The notes under the pieces are model-generated. The model was given only the letters and a program-made list of their open reading frames with translations. It searched no databases and had not been told where the DNA came from. Position numbers and translations under genes: made by a program. Of a stretch of DNA of 64,000 nucleotides, positions 1 to 9,029 are shown piece by piece (position 1 is the first letter of the stretch; each line of letters starts with the position of its first letter). The DNA is from Myxococcota bacterium (lineage in GTDB: Bacteria; Myxococcota_A; Bradymonadia; UBA7976; UBA1532). The DNA lies in the NCBI GenBank assembly GCA_036337435.1, contig JAYZEG010000058.1, positions 64,001 to 128,000 on the forward strand, given 5' to 3'.

Positions 1-98
1 GTTGTACATCGACGCTAAAAAAAGACCGGCACTTGATGTTCTCATGAAGACCCCTAGTCTATGACTGACTCTCACTCGGCGTTATCTGAGGTGTAGAC

Positions 99-1253
99 TT
101 GAACCTTCTGGCTTTGACGACATCATATCCAACCGAGGCCGATCCTTTCAGGGGTCCGTTTATCGAACGTTGGGCTCATCAAATGCAGACCTTGGGTGCA
201 TCCGTACGCATTATCGGACCGGCAATATCAAAGCCCTTAGGGTTATGTCCCTATGTCGGATTTCGAGATATCGGAGGTCTCCTCCGAGGCTCGGGTGCCC
301 CCGATGAAATGCAAGCTAAGCCCGTGTGGGGCTCAGTTCGTGGAGCGGCCATCACCCTCGAGATGGTAAAAACGGCGCGCCGTTTCGTTCTTGATTCGGA
401 TGCACTCGTTTGTCATTGGGTCCTACCATCCGTATACGCTGGCCTAGCTGCAACCATCGGTACAGAGATTCCCGTCCATGGATACGCCCATGGGGGTGAT
501 ATTTCCCTTATAGAATCCATGCCCAGATCGATTTCGAAGCGGGTGAGTCAAGTTGCCGATCGTCAGTGTCGCTCGTTGGTCTTCGTCAGTGCTGATCTCC
601 AGCTGCGATTTAATGATTTGCTTGAGCGACCTCCGAGAGCCCAACAATATGTTCTTCCAATGGGCATTGAACGAGCGGAAGTCGATCACTCATTCAGGCA
701 CTGGCTAAGAGATCGAGCCCATGGGCGACCCATCGTAGCAACGTTGGGTAGACACGTGCAGATCAAAGGACTCGATCTGGTCTTCGACGCTCTCAAAGAC
801 CAAAAGGACTTAATCTGGGTGGCTGCGGGTGATGGACCCTATCGAAACGCCCTAGAAGAGCAGATAAAGCACCATTCCTTGGACGTTTGTCTACCAGGAA
901 TGATTACGCCAGCCCAGCGAGAAGCACTCTTCTTGGAAGCCACGGTCTTTGTTCAATCGAGTCGTCAGATCGGTACGCGCTCAGAAGGCCACCCAGTTGC
1001 ACTCATTGAGGCTTTGGCAGCCGGCGTACCCAGCATTGTAAGCCGCAGCGGCGGCATGAGCGAAATCGCGGCCAAGGCCGGGTGTATCCAAATCGACGTA
1101 GGCAAACGTGAAACCCTGAAGCAGGCCATTCTAGATTTGCTAGAGAACGAAATACAGCGCAAGACCATGTCCGTGCAGCACCAACAGTACGGCCAAGAGC
1201 AGACCTGGGCTAAGTTAGGCCCAAAACACTACAAGGCTCTTTTCGGCGACTAG
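99..1253 (+). CDS. Glycosyltransferase family 4 (GT-B, retaining)
   Basis: TTSYP N-terminus, HGGD, GRHVQIKG and E-x7-E motif (EGHPVALIE); TTG start with GAGGTG SD. Confidence 0.88.
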   Translation: MNLLALTTSYPTEADPFRGPFIERWAHQMQTLGASVRIIGPAISKPLGLCPYVGFRDIGGLLRGSGAPDEMQAKPVWGSVRGAAITLEMVKTARRFVLDSDALVCHWVLPSVYAGLAATIGTEIPVHGYAHGGDISLIESMPRSISKRVSQVADRQCRSLVFVSADLQLRFNDLLERPPRAQQYVLPMGIERAEVDHSFRHWLRDRAHGRPIVATLGRHVQIKGLDLVFDALKDQKDLIWVAAGDGPYRNALEEQIKHHSLDVCLPGMITPAQREALFLEATVFVQSSRQIGTRSEGHPVALIEALAAGVPSIVSRSGGMSEIAAKAGCIQIDVGKRETLKQAILDLLENEIQRKTMSVQHQQYGQEQTWAKLGPKHYKALFGD

Positions 1254-1270
1254 GACAACGTCCAGGTGGA

Positions 1271-1981
1271 TTAGCTCTTAGATACGATCACGACCAAAAA
1301 CCCCCCGAAGCCTCGGGTCAGAGCGTGATCGCGAGCGGCCCGTTCCATGCGTGCAAAGGCATGCTTTACACCGGGGACCAAATGGACCTGAGCAAATGGT
1401 GTGAAGACACGAATGCCACGCGTATCTTCTACGCTCAAGTCGTCGGGAAGGTATCCGACTACGTCGGCCAAGGTATCATAGCGCGTATAAACCATGTCAT
1501 CGGTCGTGACCTGGCTGACTTGGTGAGGTCGTTTAAGTCTCTTGATCAAGTATCTGAGAGACCGTCGGTTATAGAACTCCAAGGCGGCTCGACCACCCGG
1601 TCGGAGAACACGTGAGACCTCAGACATTGCCTTCTTGATATCTTCCACGTGGGCTAACACTTTGAAGGAATAGACAGCATCAAAACTCTCATCTTCAAAT
1701 GGCAGCTCTGTTGCGCTTGCAACTTGGACATCGAGGCCACGACCCTTGGCCTGTTCAAGCATGCCTGGCGAGATATCGATGCCTTTAGCCGAACGTGCTT
1801 TAGGCGCTATTTCTTTGAGAATAAGACCGGTTCCGCAACCAAGTTCGAGAACGTCTTTACCTTCACAAAGAGGCATCGCAACCTCGATTTGAAGCTGGTC
1901 AAGAAGCGCGTGATAACCATGATGGCGTTCGTTTTCATACCATCCGGCGAAGTCGTCATAATAGCTTTGATTATCTTTCAT
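1271..1981 (-). CDS. Class I SAM-dependent methyltransferase (Methyltransf_11-like)
   Basis: VLELGCGTG motif I, GIDIS, LPFEDESFD, RVLRPGG; ATG at 1981 preferred over 2017. Confidence 0.88.
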   Translation of the reverse strand: MKDNQSYYDDFAGWYENERHHGYHALLDQLQIEVAMPLCEGKDVLELGCGTGLILKEIAPKARSAKGIDISPGMLEQAKGRGLDVQVASATELPFEDESFDAVYSFKVLAHVEDIKKAMSEVSRVLRPGGRAALEFYNRRSLRYLIKRLKRPHQVSQVTTDDMVYTRYDTLADVVGYLPDDLSVEDTRGIRVFTPFAQVHLVPGVKHAFARMERAARDHALTRGFGGFLVVIVSKS

Positions 1982-2089
1982 ATTGGCCGGTTTACGACCT
2001 TCGGCACTCAGGATCAAGGGTAGACTTAAAATAAAGTGTAAGAGACGCAGACTTTGACGATTTATGTCAGTCGGCCTAGCCTATAGATC

Positions 2090-3979
2090 ATGGAGACGGA
2101 ACACACCATCATTAACGCAAAACGCTGCCCAACCTGCGGGTACCGAGGTGAGGCCGACATTTGTCCGTTTGATGGCACTGGGATGGTTGAAAACATCAAT
2201 CTGTCCCAACGACTATTGGACTCAAAGGCATCAAAGAACCTTGAGGTTGGTCCGGCCGAACTCAATGAACGTGTTCCTTCAGAGGCGTCGGAAGTAGGCG
2301 TAGCGAGACTGACACGGCCACCAACATTAGACCGAGCTAAGAACCTCGTTGGCACGACACTGGGCGGCCGGTACCAGCTCAATGAGGTGATCGGGCGAGG
2401 GGGCATGGGGACCGTGTACGCGGCCGAGCAACCGAGCGTTGGTCGAACGGTTGCCGTCAAAGTTCTCAATCAAGAATTTACCGAAAATCCAATGGTGGTC
2501 CGACGATTCCATCAAGAAGCCCAAGCCGCATCTAAGCTCACCCACCCGAACACGATCTCCGTCTATGATTTTGGGGAGACAGATGGCTCTCTCTACATCG
2601 TTATGGAGCATCTCGTGGGTGAAACTCTCAAGAGCCTGCTCAAGCGAACCGGTCGGCTCGAACTCAATCGGACATGTCTCATCATGAGCCAGGTGTTAAA
2701 ATCTATTGCCCAGGCCCACGAGGCTGGTGTCGTCCATCGAGACCTCAAGCCGGACAACATTTTTATCACCCGCATTGATGATGGTTCGGAATTCGTAAAG
2801 GTATTGGATTTTGGCGTCGCCAAGTTACGAAAAGCCGACGACAGCGATACAACGCTCACCCAAATGGGTGCGGTTTTTGGAACTCCAAAGTACATGGCAC
2901 CAGAGCAAACGCAGAACATATCAGTCGACGGTCGCGCAGACCTCTACTCAGTGGGCATTCTACTCTACGAACTTCTCTTGGGCTCTGTCCCCTTCGATGG
3001 AGAAAATCCCCTCGCCATTTTGATGGACCATGCCAATCGATCGCCGGCAACATTTGAAGATGTCGATCCCGAGCATGGATACCATCCAGCAGTTCAATCT
3101 GTTGTCATGAAAGCACTCGAGAAAGATCGAGACTCCCGGTACGCATCAGCAAGGGAGTTCTTAAATGACCTGGATATGCTGGAGCGCAGTTCAAGGGCGG
3201 ATGCGGGTATAGCAGACCAAGACGCACTCTCCAGATTGGTTCGAATCAAAGATCGGTGGTCTAATAGCGAACTCAATCTTGGCGAAGAACTTAGAAATCC
3301 CGTTAGACCTGCACCAGGGTACAAAGTTCCGACATCGATTCTGACAAGTTCCTTTGCAGGCATTTTGCTGGTCGCATTGGGTCTTTATTTCGGCCAATCT
3401 GACCGAAAAGAAGCGACAAACACCCCTTCTATTAAGAAGACAGACTCATTGGGTTCCGGAACTCTTAATGCCGATACGGTCGACCCGAAGACTCAGGTAA
3501 GCAACGGGCAGACCGCCTCCGTCTTAAAAGCGGTGAGCGCGACGGGAAAGCAACGGGCACCATTCGTATTTGAAACGGTACCGGCCGGAGCAAAATTGGT
3601 GGACGTGAAAACAGGTAGGCGACTCGGACAAACGCCTAAAACCATCGAATTCTCAAAAAAAGCGGTCATAGAAGCTCGGCTGGATGGCTATAAGATTGAA
3701 CGCTTCTACGTGGATCCAGGCAATGAAACGCGACCGATCAAAAGAACGCTCATTGCAACTCGACCAGCCTCGGTCCGTCCGACATCAACTCTCCCCTCTT
3801 CGGCTCAAAAAAAGTCACGTCTAGTCAGAGCCCGAGAGGCAGAGAACAACTCGAAGACGGAGTCTGTATCAAAGCCGCCGATGAAACCGGCGATCGTGGA
3901 AAAAAAACCGGCAACAAGCCGCTCTCACAAGACGTCGAGGGAACGGCGGGACGATGATGTCGACTTCGAAATGGAGTGA
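2090..3979 (+). CDS. Hanks-type Ser/Thr protein kinase with N-terminal Cys motif, TM segment and PEGA-like C-terminal domain
   Basis: IGRGGMG, VAVK, HRDLKPDN, DFG, GTPKYMAPE; CPTC...CPFDG; hydrophobic GILLVALGLYF; ETVPAGA..LGQTP. Confidence 0.95.
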   Translation: METEHTIINAKRCPTCGYRGEADICPFDGTGMVENINLSQRLLDSKASKNLEVGPAELNERVPSEASEVGVARLTRPPTLDRAKNLVGTTLGGRYQLNEVIGRGGMGTVYAAEQPSVGRTVAVKVLNQEFTENPMVVRRFHQEAQAASKLTHPNTISVYDFGETDGSLYIVMEHLVGETLKSLLKRTGRLELNRTCLIMSQVLKSIAQAHEAGVVHRDLKPDNIFITRIDDGSEFVKVLDFGVAKLRKADDSDTTLTQMGAVFGTPKYMAPEQTQNISVDGRADLYSVGILLYELLLGSVPFDGENPLAILMDHANRSPATFEDVDPEHGYHPAVQSVVMKALEKDRDSRYASAREFLNDLDMLERSSRADAGIADQDALSRLVRIKDRWSNSELNLGEELRNPVRPAPGYKVPTSILTSSFAGILLVALGLYFGQSDRKEATNTPSIKKTDSLGSGTLNADTVDPKTQVSNGQTASVLKAVSATGKQRAPFVFETVPAGAKLVDVKTGRRLGQTPKTIEFSKKAVIEARLDGYKIERFYVDPGNETRPIKRTLIATRPASVRPTSTLPSSAQKKSRLVRAREAENNSKTESVSKPPMKPAIVEKKPATSRSHKTSRERRDDDVDFEME

Positions 3980-3981
3980 CT

Positions 3982-5292
3982 TTAATTTGCTCGTCTCTGC
4001 GCGGCGCGACAAGCACCAGAAGAGCCATCGAACACGCACCTAAATCCGAGGGTAGATTCAGCCTCAATAACAGAACGCCGCCGAGTCACCCGAGCGTTGC
4101 AGGACCGCGCCATCTGAAAATGGCCTCCTCGAACGATATGGCCTGATGCTTGACCAGGTCCATTGGCGACATGGGGGCTATCTGATTGGCGATTCTCGCG
4201 GGGTTTACACCAAGGCATCGGTCTGCAGCCATCGTACCCGTCCAGTTGACCACACAAAAAATCGACCTCAGCGTCTACACAGTTTTCCGCACACATCTCA
4301 AATTCACGCAAACAGGAAATGAGACAATCGGTTCCAGAGCCAGGCCGTTCGGCCTCCAGCGTGATGCACGATTGATTACACGCGTCAGGATTGGTGTGCA
4401 GCCGAGCATAACAGTCACCGATGACCGCCTCGTTTTCATCCAGGTCGATACATTGCCCGCTCAGCTGCGTGAATAAGGAGCGATCGAATGTCGATGAAAT
4501 CACGCCTGTTCGGTCACGCTTGAAGTACATCTCGGACCGATATTCCGGTTCGCAATAGGCGAGCAAATCAGACTCGTCAGCCGTCCACTCAGCGACATTT
4601 CCATACAAGCCAAATACACCATCCTGCGTTATATCAAGCCCCGGTGTCTGGACCGCTGACGGCCCGTTGGAACAGCCACCGAGGGCAATCTGCCCAGCGT
4701 GCGACGCAGAAGCGCAATCACCATCGATAGACACTTGAAGGCTCGACTCCTCGATAATCGGGATGGCCCGTCCCCGACTTTTGGCCGCAAATTCCCACTC
4801 TATTTCTGTCGGTAAGCGACCACCTCTGAACCGGCAATATGCTTGAGCATCTTCCCAGACAACGCCGACGACTGGATAGGATGCGTACTTGTCCGGATTA
4901 CTCCAATAGCGAGCGACAAAACCGGGCTGGTCATCGTTGCCTGCATTGCTGAACCTGGGTCGACCGCAAGTCCCTCGCAGGTGACAATGTCGATATTGCC
5001 CGAGAGTCACTTCGTGCTGGTCTATGCAAAATGTTGCGACGGCTACGCTGTGCTCAATCCGCTCCGACTCGACCCAATCAGAGTTGGGTAATTGAATTGT
5101 TTGCCCACTGATCTTGGCTCGTTTACAGGGAAACGGAGCACGTCGACCGATGGTGAATGGGGTCTCCGAAGCATCACCTGTTAAAACGATCAGCGGCGTG
5201 GCGTCTGGCGGCGCCAACCCATCGGCGCATCCAACGCATAAACTGACCGTCACAACGATGAACGAAAATCGCGTAGAGTCCAAAAGCATCAT
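3982..5292 (-). CDS. FGE-sulfatase (SUMF1-like) domain lipoprotein with Cys-rich insert
   Basis: IDQHEVT..QY, PVVGVVWEDAQAYC, RLPTEIEWEFAA, GNVAEW, IVRGG, LGFRC; lipobox-like LCVGC. Confidence 0.85.
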   Translation of the reverse strand: MMLLDSTRFSFIVVTVSLCVGCADGLAPPDATPLIVLTGDASETPFTIGRRAPFPCKRAKISGQTIQLPNSDWVESERIEHSVAVATFCIDQHEVTLGQYRHCHLRGTCGRPRFSNAGNDDQPGFVARYWSNPDKYASYPVVGVVWEDAQAYCRFRGGRLPTEIEWEFAAKSRGRAIPIIEESSLQVSIDGDCASASHAGQIALGGCSNGPSAVQTPGLDITQDGVFGLYGNVAEWTADESDLLAYCEPEYRSEMYFKRDRTGVISSTFDRSLFTQLSGQCIDLDENEAVIGDCYARLHTNPDACNQSCITLEAERPGSGTDCLISCLREFEMCAENCVDAEVDFLCGQLDGYDGCRPMPWCKPRENRQSDSPHVANGPGQASGHIVRGGHFQMARSCNARVTRRRSVIEAESTLGFRCVFDGSSGACRAAQRRAN

Positions 5293-6428
5293 CGCTCCAG
5301 TTGGTCAGGGTCTGGGGTCTCCATGGGGTTTCCGTAGAGAGGATTTTTCTCGTCGACCGAAATATGATTTCTAAAGGTGTCCCATAGAACCAAACCGGTG
5401 CCTATGCTGAACAGCGTCCCACCGATGCCGTACCCCATGTATTCATAACGTTGGAGGCGTTCAAATGTGGGCGTGTCATTGTATTCCTGATCCGCAAAAT
5501 GAGTGGCCACACCACCACCAACGACAGCGACCAAACCCAGGGCGACAGCGGTCCATCCAAGAGAAGAACGCCAGGTTGATGCACCGGTAGACTTTGACAT
5601 GGCTGCATCGACTCGAGTCATCTGAAATCGCTCAATGTTAATGAACGCTTGGAATGGATCAAAACCTTGTCTTCGAAGCTGAATCTGGTGACGCCCAGCA
5701 GCAACCGGCAACGGCTTCAGCTGTGGGGTGAGCTGCAGCGGTTTGCCGTCCAAGTAAATTTGCGCATCCCTGACATCACTGTCGACAAACAACCACCCCT
5801 TTTCGACACGTTGTTTCAAATCGACCATCAGATGCATTGGTGCCGTCCGACTCACATCTACATCTCTGATGGCTTGCTCATATCCATCAAGGATAAGCCA
5901 AATACGCTTCACACCAGGCTTGACGTTCAAAACCAAGGGGGTCTGTCCCTTTGACGCGGTTTTAAGATTGTTCAAATAGACCCGTGCCCCTCTTGGACTG
6001 CTGTCAATCCGCAAGGTTTGGCTGATTTCACGTCTCGCTTTGCAGCTCTGCATCGTATTAAATGCTCGGTCTTTTTTTGGGCCGGCGGGTGCTGTATCGA
6101 TGTATCGGCCAAGGAGACCGACACAACGGTCCCAGTCACGCAAAACATGGAAAGTCAGCGCAAGGTCATACAAAAAGTTATCGTCGCCCGAGATTTTGTA
6201 GGCTTCTTCAAACTTCTTTACGGCTTGTTCATAAGCCCCATTTGCATAGTGCTGTCGCCCTTCTTTTCTCAGACGCTTGATGAGTGCTTGTTCCATTTCC
6301 GTCAGGTCATCAGAAGCTTGTGGCGTCAAATAGACCTCATCAGATGCCCTGTTTGCCTGAGCATGATTCAAGGTCGGACAAGCGCATAGAAGGACCAATA
6401 ACATCCAGATGTGACGAGTTCGGTGCAT
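5289..6428 (-). CDS. Secreted TPR + double PEGA domain protein
   Basis: Signal peptide, TPR-like helices (YEQAVKKFEEAY), PEGA motifs SSPRGARVYL..GQTPL and SDVRDAQIYLDG, C-terminal hydrophobic Gly-rich segments. Confidence 0.82.
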   Translation of the reverse strand: MHRTRHIWMLLVLLCACPTLNHAQANRASDEVYLTPQASDDLTEMEQALIKRLRKEGRQHYANGAYEQAVKKFEEAYKISGDDNFLYDLALTFHVLRDWDRCVGLLGRYIDTAPAGPKKDRAFNTMQSCKARREISQTLRIDSSPRGARVYLNNLKTASKGQTPLVLNVKPGVKRIWLILDGYEQAIRDVDVSRTAPMHLMVDLKQRVEKGWLFVDSDVRDAQIYLDGKPLQLTPQLKPLPVAAGRHQIQLRRQGFDPFQAFINIERFQMTRVDAAMSKSTGASTWRSSLGWTAVALGLVAVVGGGVATHFADQEYNDTPTFERLQRYEYMGYGIGGTLFSIGTGLVLWDTFRNHISVDEKNPLYGNPMETPDPDQLER

Positions 6429-6628
6429 GATTTGATATCGAACAGTGAAATTGATTCATGGCTAAATTAGGGCCGATATCGCGAGATGGCAATGATTTGC
6501 ATCAATGGAGAAATTTATCATGTTCCATCACAAAGACCGTTTCTCCCTGGACAAAAGTCAGTAAATCGATAGGATGCGCCACCCGACTTGGGCTGTTTGG
6601 GGCCATTTTTGACATAAGGGAGGCCTGT

Positions 6629-7282
6629 GTGGGCGCATTTTCCGGAAGTCTAACTTATCGACAATATCGCGTTCGCGACTCGCTGTCTGGCGACTATCTG
6701 AAGGCCTTCGACGAGGGCATTCAGCGAAATCTGTTCCACCCTCTTGACCCGTCGAAAGACCAGGACCGGTCCATCGGCTGGTGTGACCCCAAGTTTGCCC
6801 TCGATACCGATCTCGATCCCAGTGCCTACGTCATGACCGATTATCTCGTCTTAGGACTGCGCGTCGACGCGTGGTCGATTCCGTCGACGACTCTCAAACT
6901 GTACACCGAGGCGGAGGTACGGCGCGTCATGGAAGAACAGAAGCGCGAAAGCCTGTCGCGGTATGAACATGCTGAGGCAAAAGAGCGAGTCGTCATGGAA
7001 CTCAAACGTCGGGTTTTGCCAACAACCAAAGTGATCGACATGGTCTGGAATTTGTCTGATGGCATGGTTCGATTCTTTAGTTCCAGTCAAAGAATGAACA
7101 CGGATTTCATGGACTTGTTTGAAACGACCTTTGGCATGACCCTATTGCCCCATAGTGCGTACGCGGCCGCCCAGTCGACTCAATCCGGTCTACTCGCATC
7201 TGAACGGGACCAATTAGAAGCAATCGAGCCCAGTTATTTCGTAGATGCAGACACCGCAGTTCAAGCGATGACGGAGGTGTGA
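6629..7282 (+). CDS. RdgC-like protein (N-terminal-half homolog)
   Basis: GTG start with AAGGGAGG SD; GSLTYRQY, RSIGW, LRVDAWSIP, F..LFETTFG resemble RdgC-family N-terminal region. Confidence 0.7.
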   Translation: MGAFSGSLTYRQYRVRDSLSGDYLKAFDEGIQRNLFHPLDPSKDQDRSIGWCDPKFALDTDLDPSAYVMTDYLVLGLRVDAWSIPSTTLKLYTEAEVRRVMEEQKRESLSRYEHAEAKERVVMELKRRVLPTTKVIDMVWNLSDGMVRFFSSSQRMNTDFMDLFETTFGMTLLPHSAYAAAQSTQSGLLASERDQLEAIEPSYFVDADTAVQAMTEV

Positions 7283-7287
7283 TCAAG

Positions 7288-7929
7288 ATGGACTTGTTGA
7301 CACGAATTAACCGGGTGGCATTCGTCGGACCGGAGTTTCTGACATGGCTTTGGTATTACACCGAATCGGTGGGCGAAAGCTTTCAATTGGCCACTCTGGA
7401 GGCCCCATTCGAAGTTTGGTTTGATGATCGATTGGTTGTAGGTTCAACAACCGTCAATGCACAAGAGAACCATTTTCGCGGTGGTCATCCGCCCACAAGT
7501 CTCGAAGCCCGTTCAGCGCTTAGGTTGGGTAAGTTGGCAACGGAAGCGAGACTGCGGTTTGTGCAAGGCAGTCGAGAATGGTCAGCGGTCATCAAGGGCG
7601 CAGACATGTCGTACTCTGGTGTCAAAATTCCTGCGGCCCTATCAAAGGATGATGACGAACGTTTCTACGAGCGAATGTACCTCCTGGAAGAGCTCGAAAC
7701 GATGGTGACGGGGTTGTTTGGCCACTTCGTAAAGCTCAGAGTGAGTGCTCAATGGAATAATGAAACGCTTCCAAACATTCGAAAATGGATCGCGTCGGTT
7801 GCGCCTCCAAAATCAGATGAGGACGACGATGAAATCAACGTGCCTCAGCGAATCAATGCGGATCCAACCGCGACACCACGAAACGAAGCGATTCCCCCTT
7901 GGGAAGATCCAATGGAGCGAAAGAACTGA
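7288..7929 (+). CDS. RdgC-related conserved protein (partner of upstream gene)
   Basis: GPEFLTWLW, EARSALRLGK, FYERMYLLEE motifs typical of the second gene in deltaproteobacterial RdgC-like pairs. Confidence 0.6.
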   Translation: MDLLTRINRVAFVGPEFLTWLWYYTESVGESFQLATLEAPFEVWFDDRLVVGSTTVNAQENHFRGGHPPTSLEARSALRLGKLATEARLRFVQGSREWSAVIKGADMSYSGVKIPAALSKDDDERFYERMYLLEELETMVTGLFGHFVKLRVSAQWNNETLPNIRKWIASVAPPKSDEDDDEINVPQRINADPTATPRNEAIPPWEDPMERKN

Positions 7930-9029
7930 TGGCAATTTGGGCTGTCATCATGGCGGGTGGGTCCGGAACTCGATTCTGGCCGTTATCCAGACAAATGCGT
8001 CCAAAGCAGTTCCTCAACATCGGAACCGAGAAGCCCTTGATTGTTGAAACGATCAATCGATTGAAGACGATGATTGACGTGAACCGCTGTACTGTCGTTG
8101 CTGGCCAAACTCATGTCGAGCAACTCAAAGACTGTCTGCCGGGATTCTCGCATGACCAATTCATCGTTGAACCTTGCCCCCGAAATACTGCACCCTGTAT
8201 CGGGCTTGCGGCGGTTCATATCGCCAAAAAAGATCCCGACGCGGTTCTTGTGGTGCTTCCAGCAGACCATCACATTACGAATATTCAAGCGTACCAAGAT
8301 TTAGTCAGCCAAGCCTGCAAACTGGCCGCCCAAGGTCACATTGTTACACTCGGCATCGAGCCGAACCGGCCTGAAACGGGCTACGGCTACATTAAGCTGA
8401 AAGAGCAAGCAAGTGACTCTTTTAAACTCGATTCTCATCGTGTTCACAGCGTAGATCGATTTGTCGAAAAACCCGACCTTGAGACGGCGACCTCTTACCT
8501 GGATTCTGGCCGATATCTCTGGAACAGCGGCATGTTCTTCTTTACCGCCCGTACCCTTTTGAATGCGTATGAAATGCATCTTCCTGAAGTGGCACAACAG
8601 CTTGCTGCCGTCGACGCTCACTTGGATTCTCCACAATACTGGACAGAATTAGAACGCGCGTTTACCGCCATGCCTTCAGTCAGCATTGACTATGGCATCA
8701 TGGAGCCGATAAGCGAAGACCAGGGAGACCCGCAAATTAAGGTGCTCGCCGCTGATATCGGTTGGAATGACGTTGGACACTGGGGTGCCCTCTCGGATTA
8801 TGCTGATGTCGATGCAAACGGTAATGTCGTTCAAGGACGCTGCTTAAGCGTCGAGTCGGAAGACAACGTGGTTTATGCCGACTCGGCTACGATCGCGCTA
8901 CTCGGCGTTGATAACCTGGTTGTCGTGCAAACCGAAGACGCGATTCTGGTCTGTCCCAGAGACAGAGCGCAAGACGTGCGTCAGGTCGTCTCCGCGCTCC
9001 AAAATTCAGATGCCAAGGAGTTGCTCTAG
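7929..9029 (+). CDS. manC: Mannose-1-phosphate guanylyltransferase (no C-terminal cupin)
   Basis: MAGGSGTRFWPLSR..PKQFL, RNTAP, PETGYGYI, FVEKP, WNSGMF, SIDY, WNDVG. Confidence 0.93.
   Translation: MAIWAVIMAGGSGTRFWPLSRQMRPKQFLNIGTEKPLIVETINRLKTMIDVNRCTVVAGQTHVEQLKDCLPGFSHDQFIVEPCPRNTAPCIGLAAVHIAKKDPDAVLVVLPADHHITNIQAYQDLVSQACKLAAQGHIVTLGIEPNRPETGYGYIKLKEQASDSFKLDSHRVHSVDRFVEKPDLETATSYLDSGRYLWNSGMFFFTARTLLNAYEMHLPEVAQQLAAVDAHLDSPQYWTELERAFTAMPSVSIDYGIMEPISEDQGDPQIKVLAADIGWNDVGHWGALSDYADVDANGNVVQGRCLSVESEDNVVYADSATIALLGVDNLVVVQTEDAILVCPRDRAQDVRQVVSALQNSDAKELL

Noticed and set aside
1..64. Open frame ending at 64 (..DVLMKTPSL*), possible 3' end of an upstream gene
   Set aside because: Too short to support or identify.
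3982..5292. Diversity-generating retroelement target
   Set aside because: FGE-type fold fits, but no reverse transcriptase or template repeat is visible in the window.
6458..6628. N-terminal extension of the RdgC-like ORF given by the ORF track
   Set aside because: Strong SD before GTG 6629; the upstream stretch is more likely the divergent promoter region.
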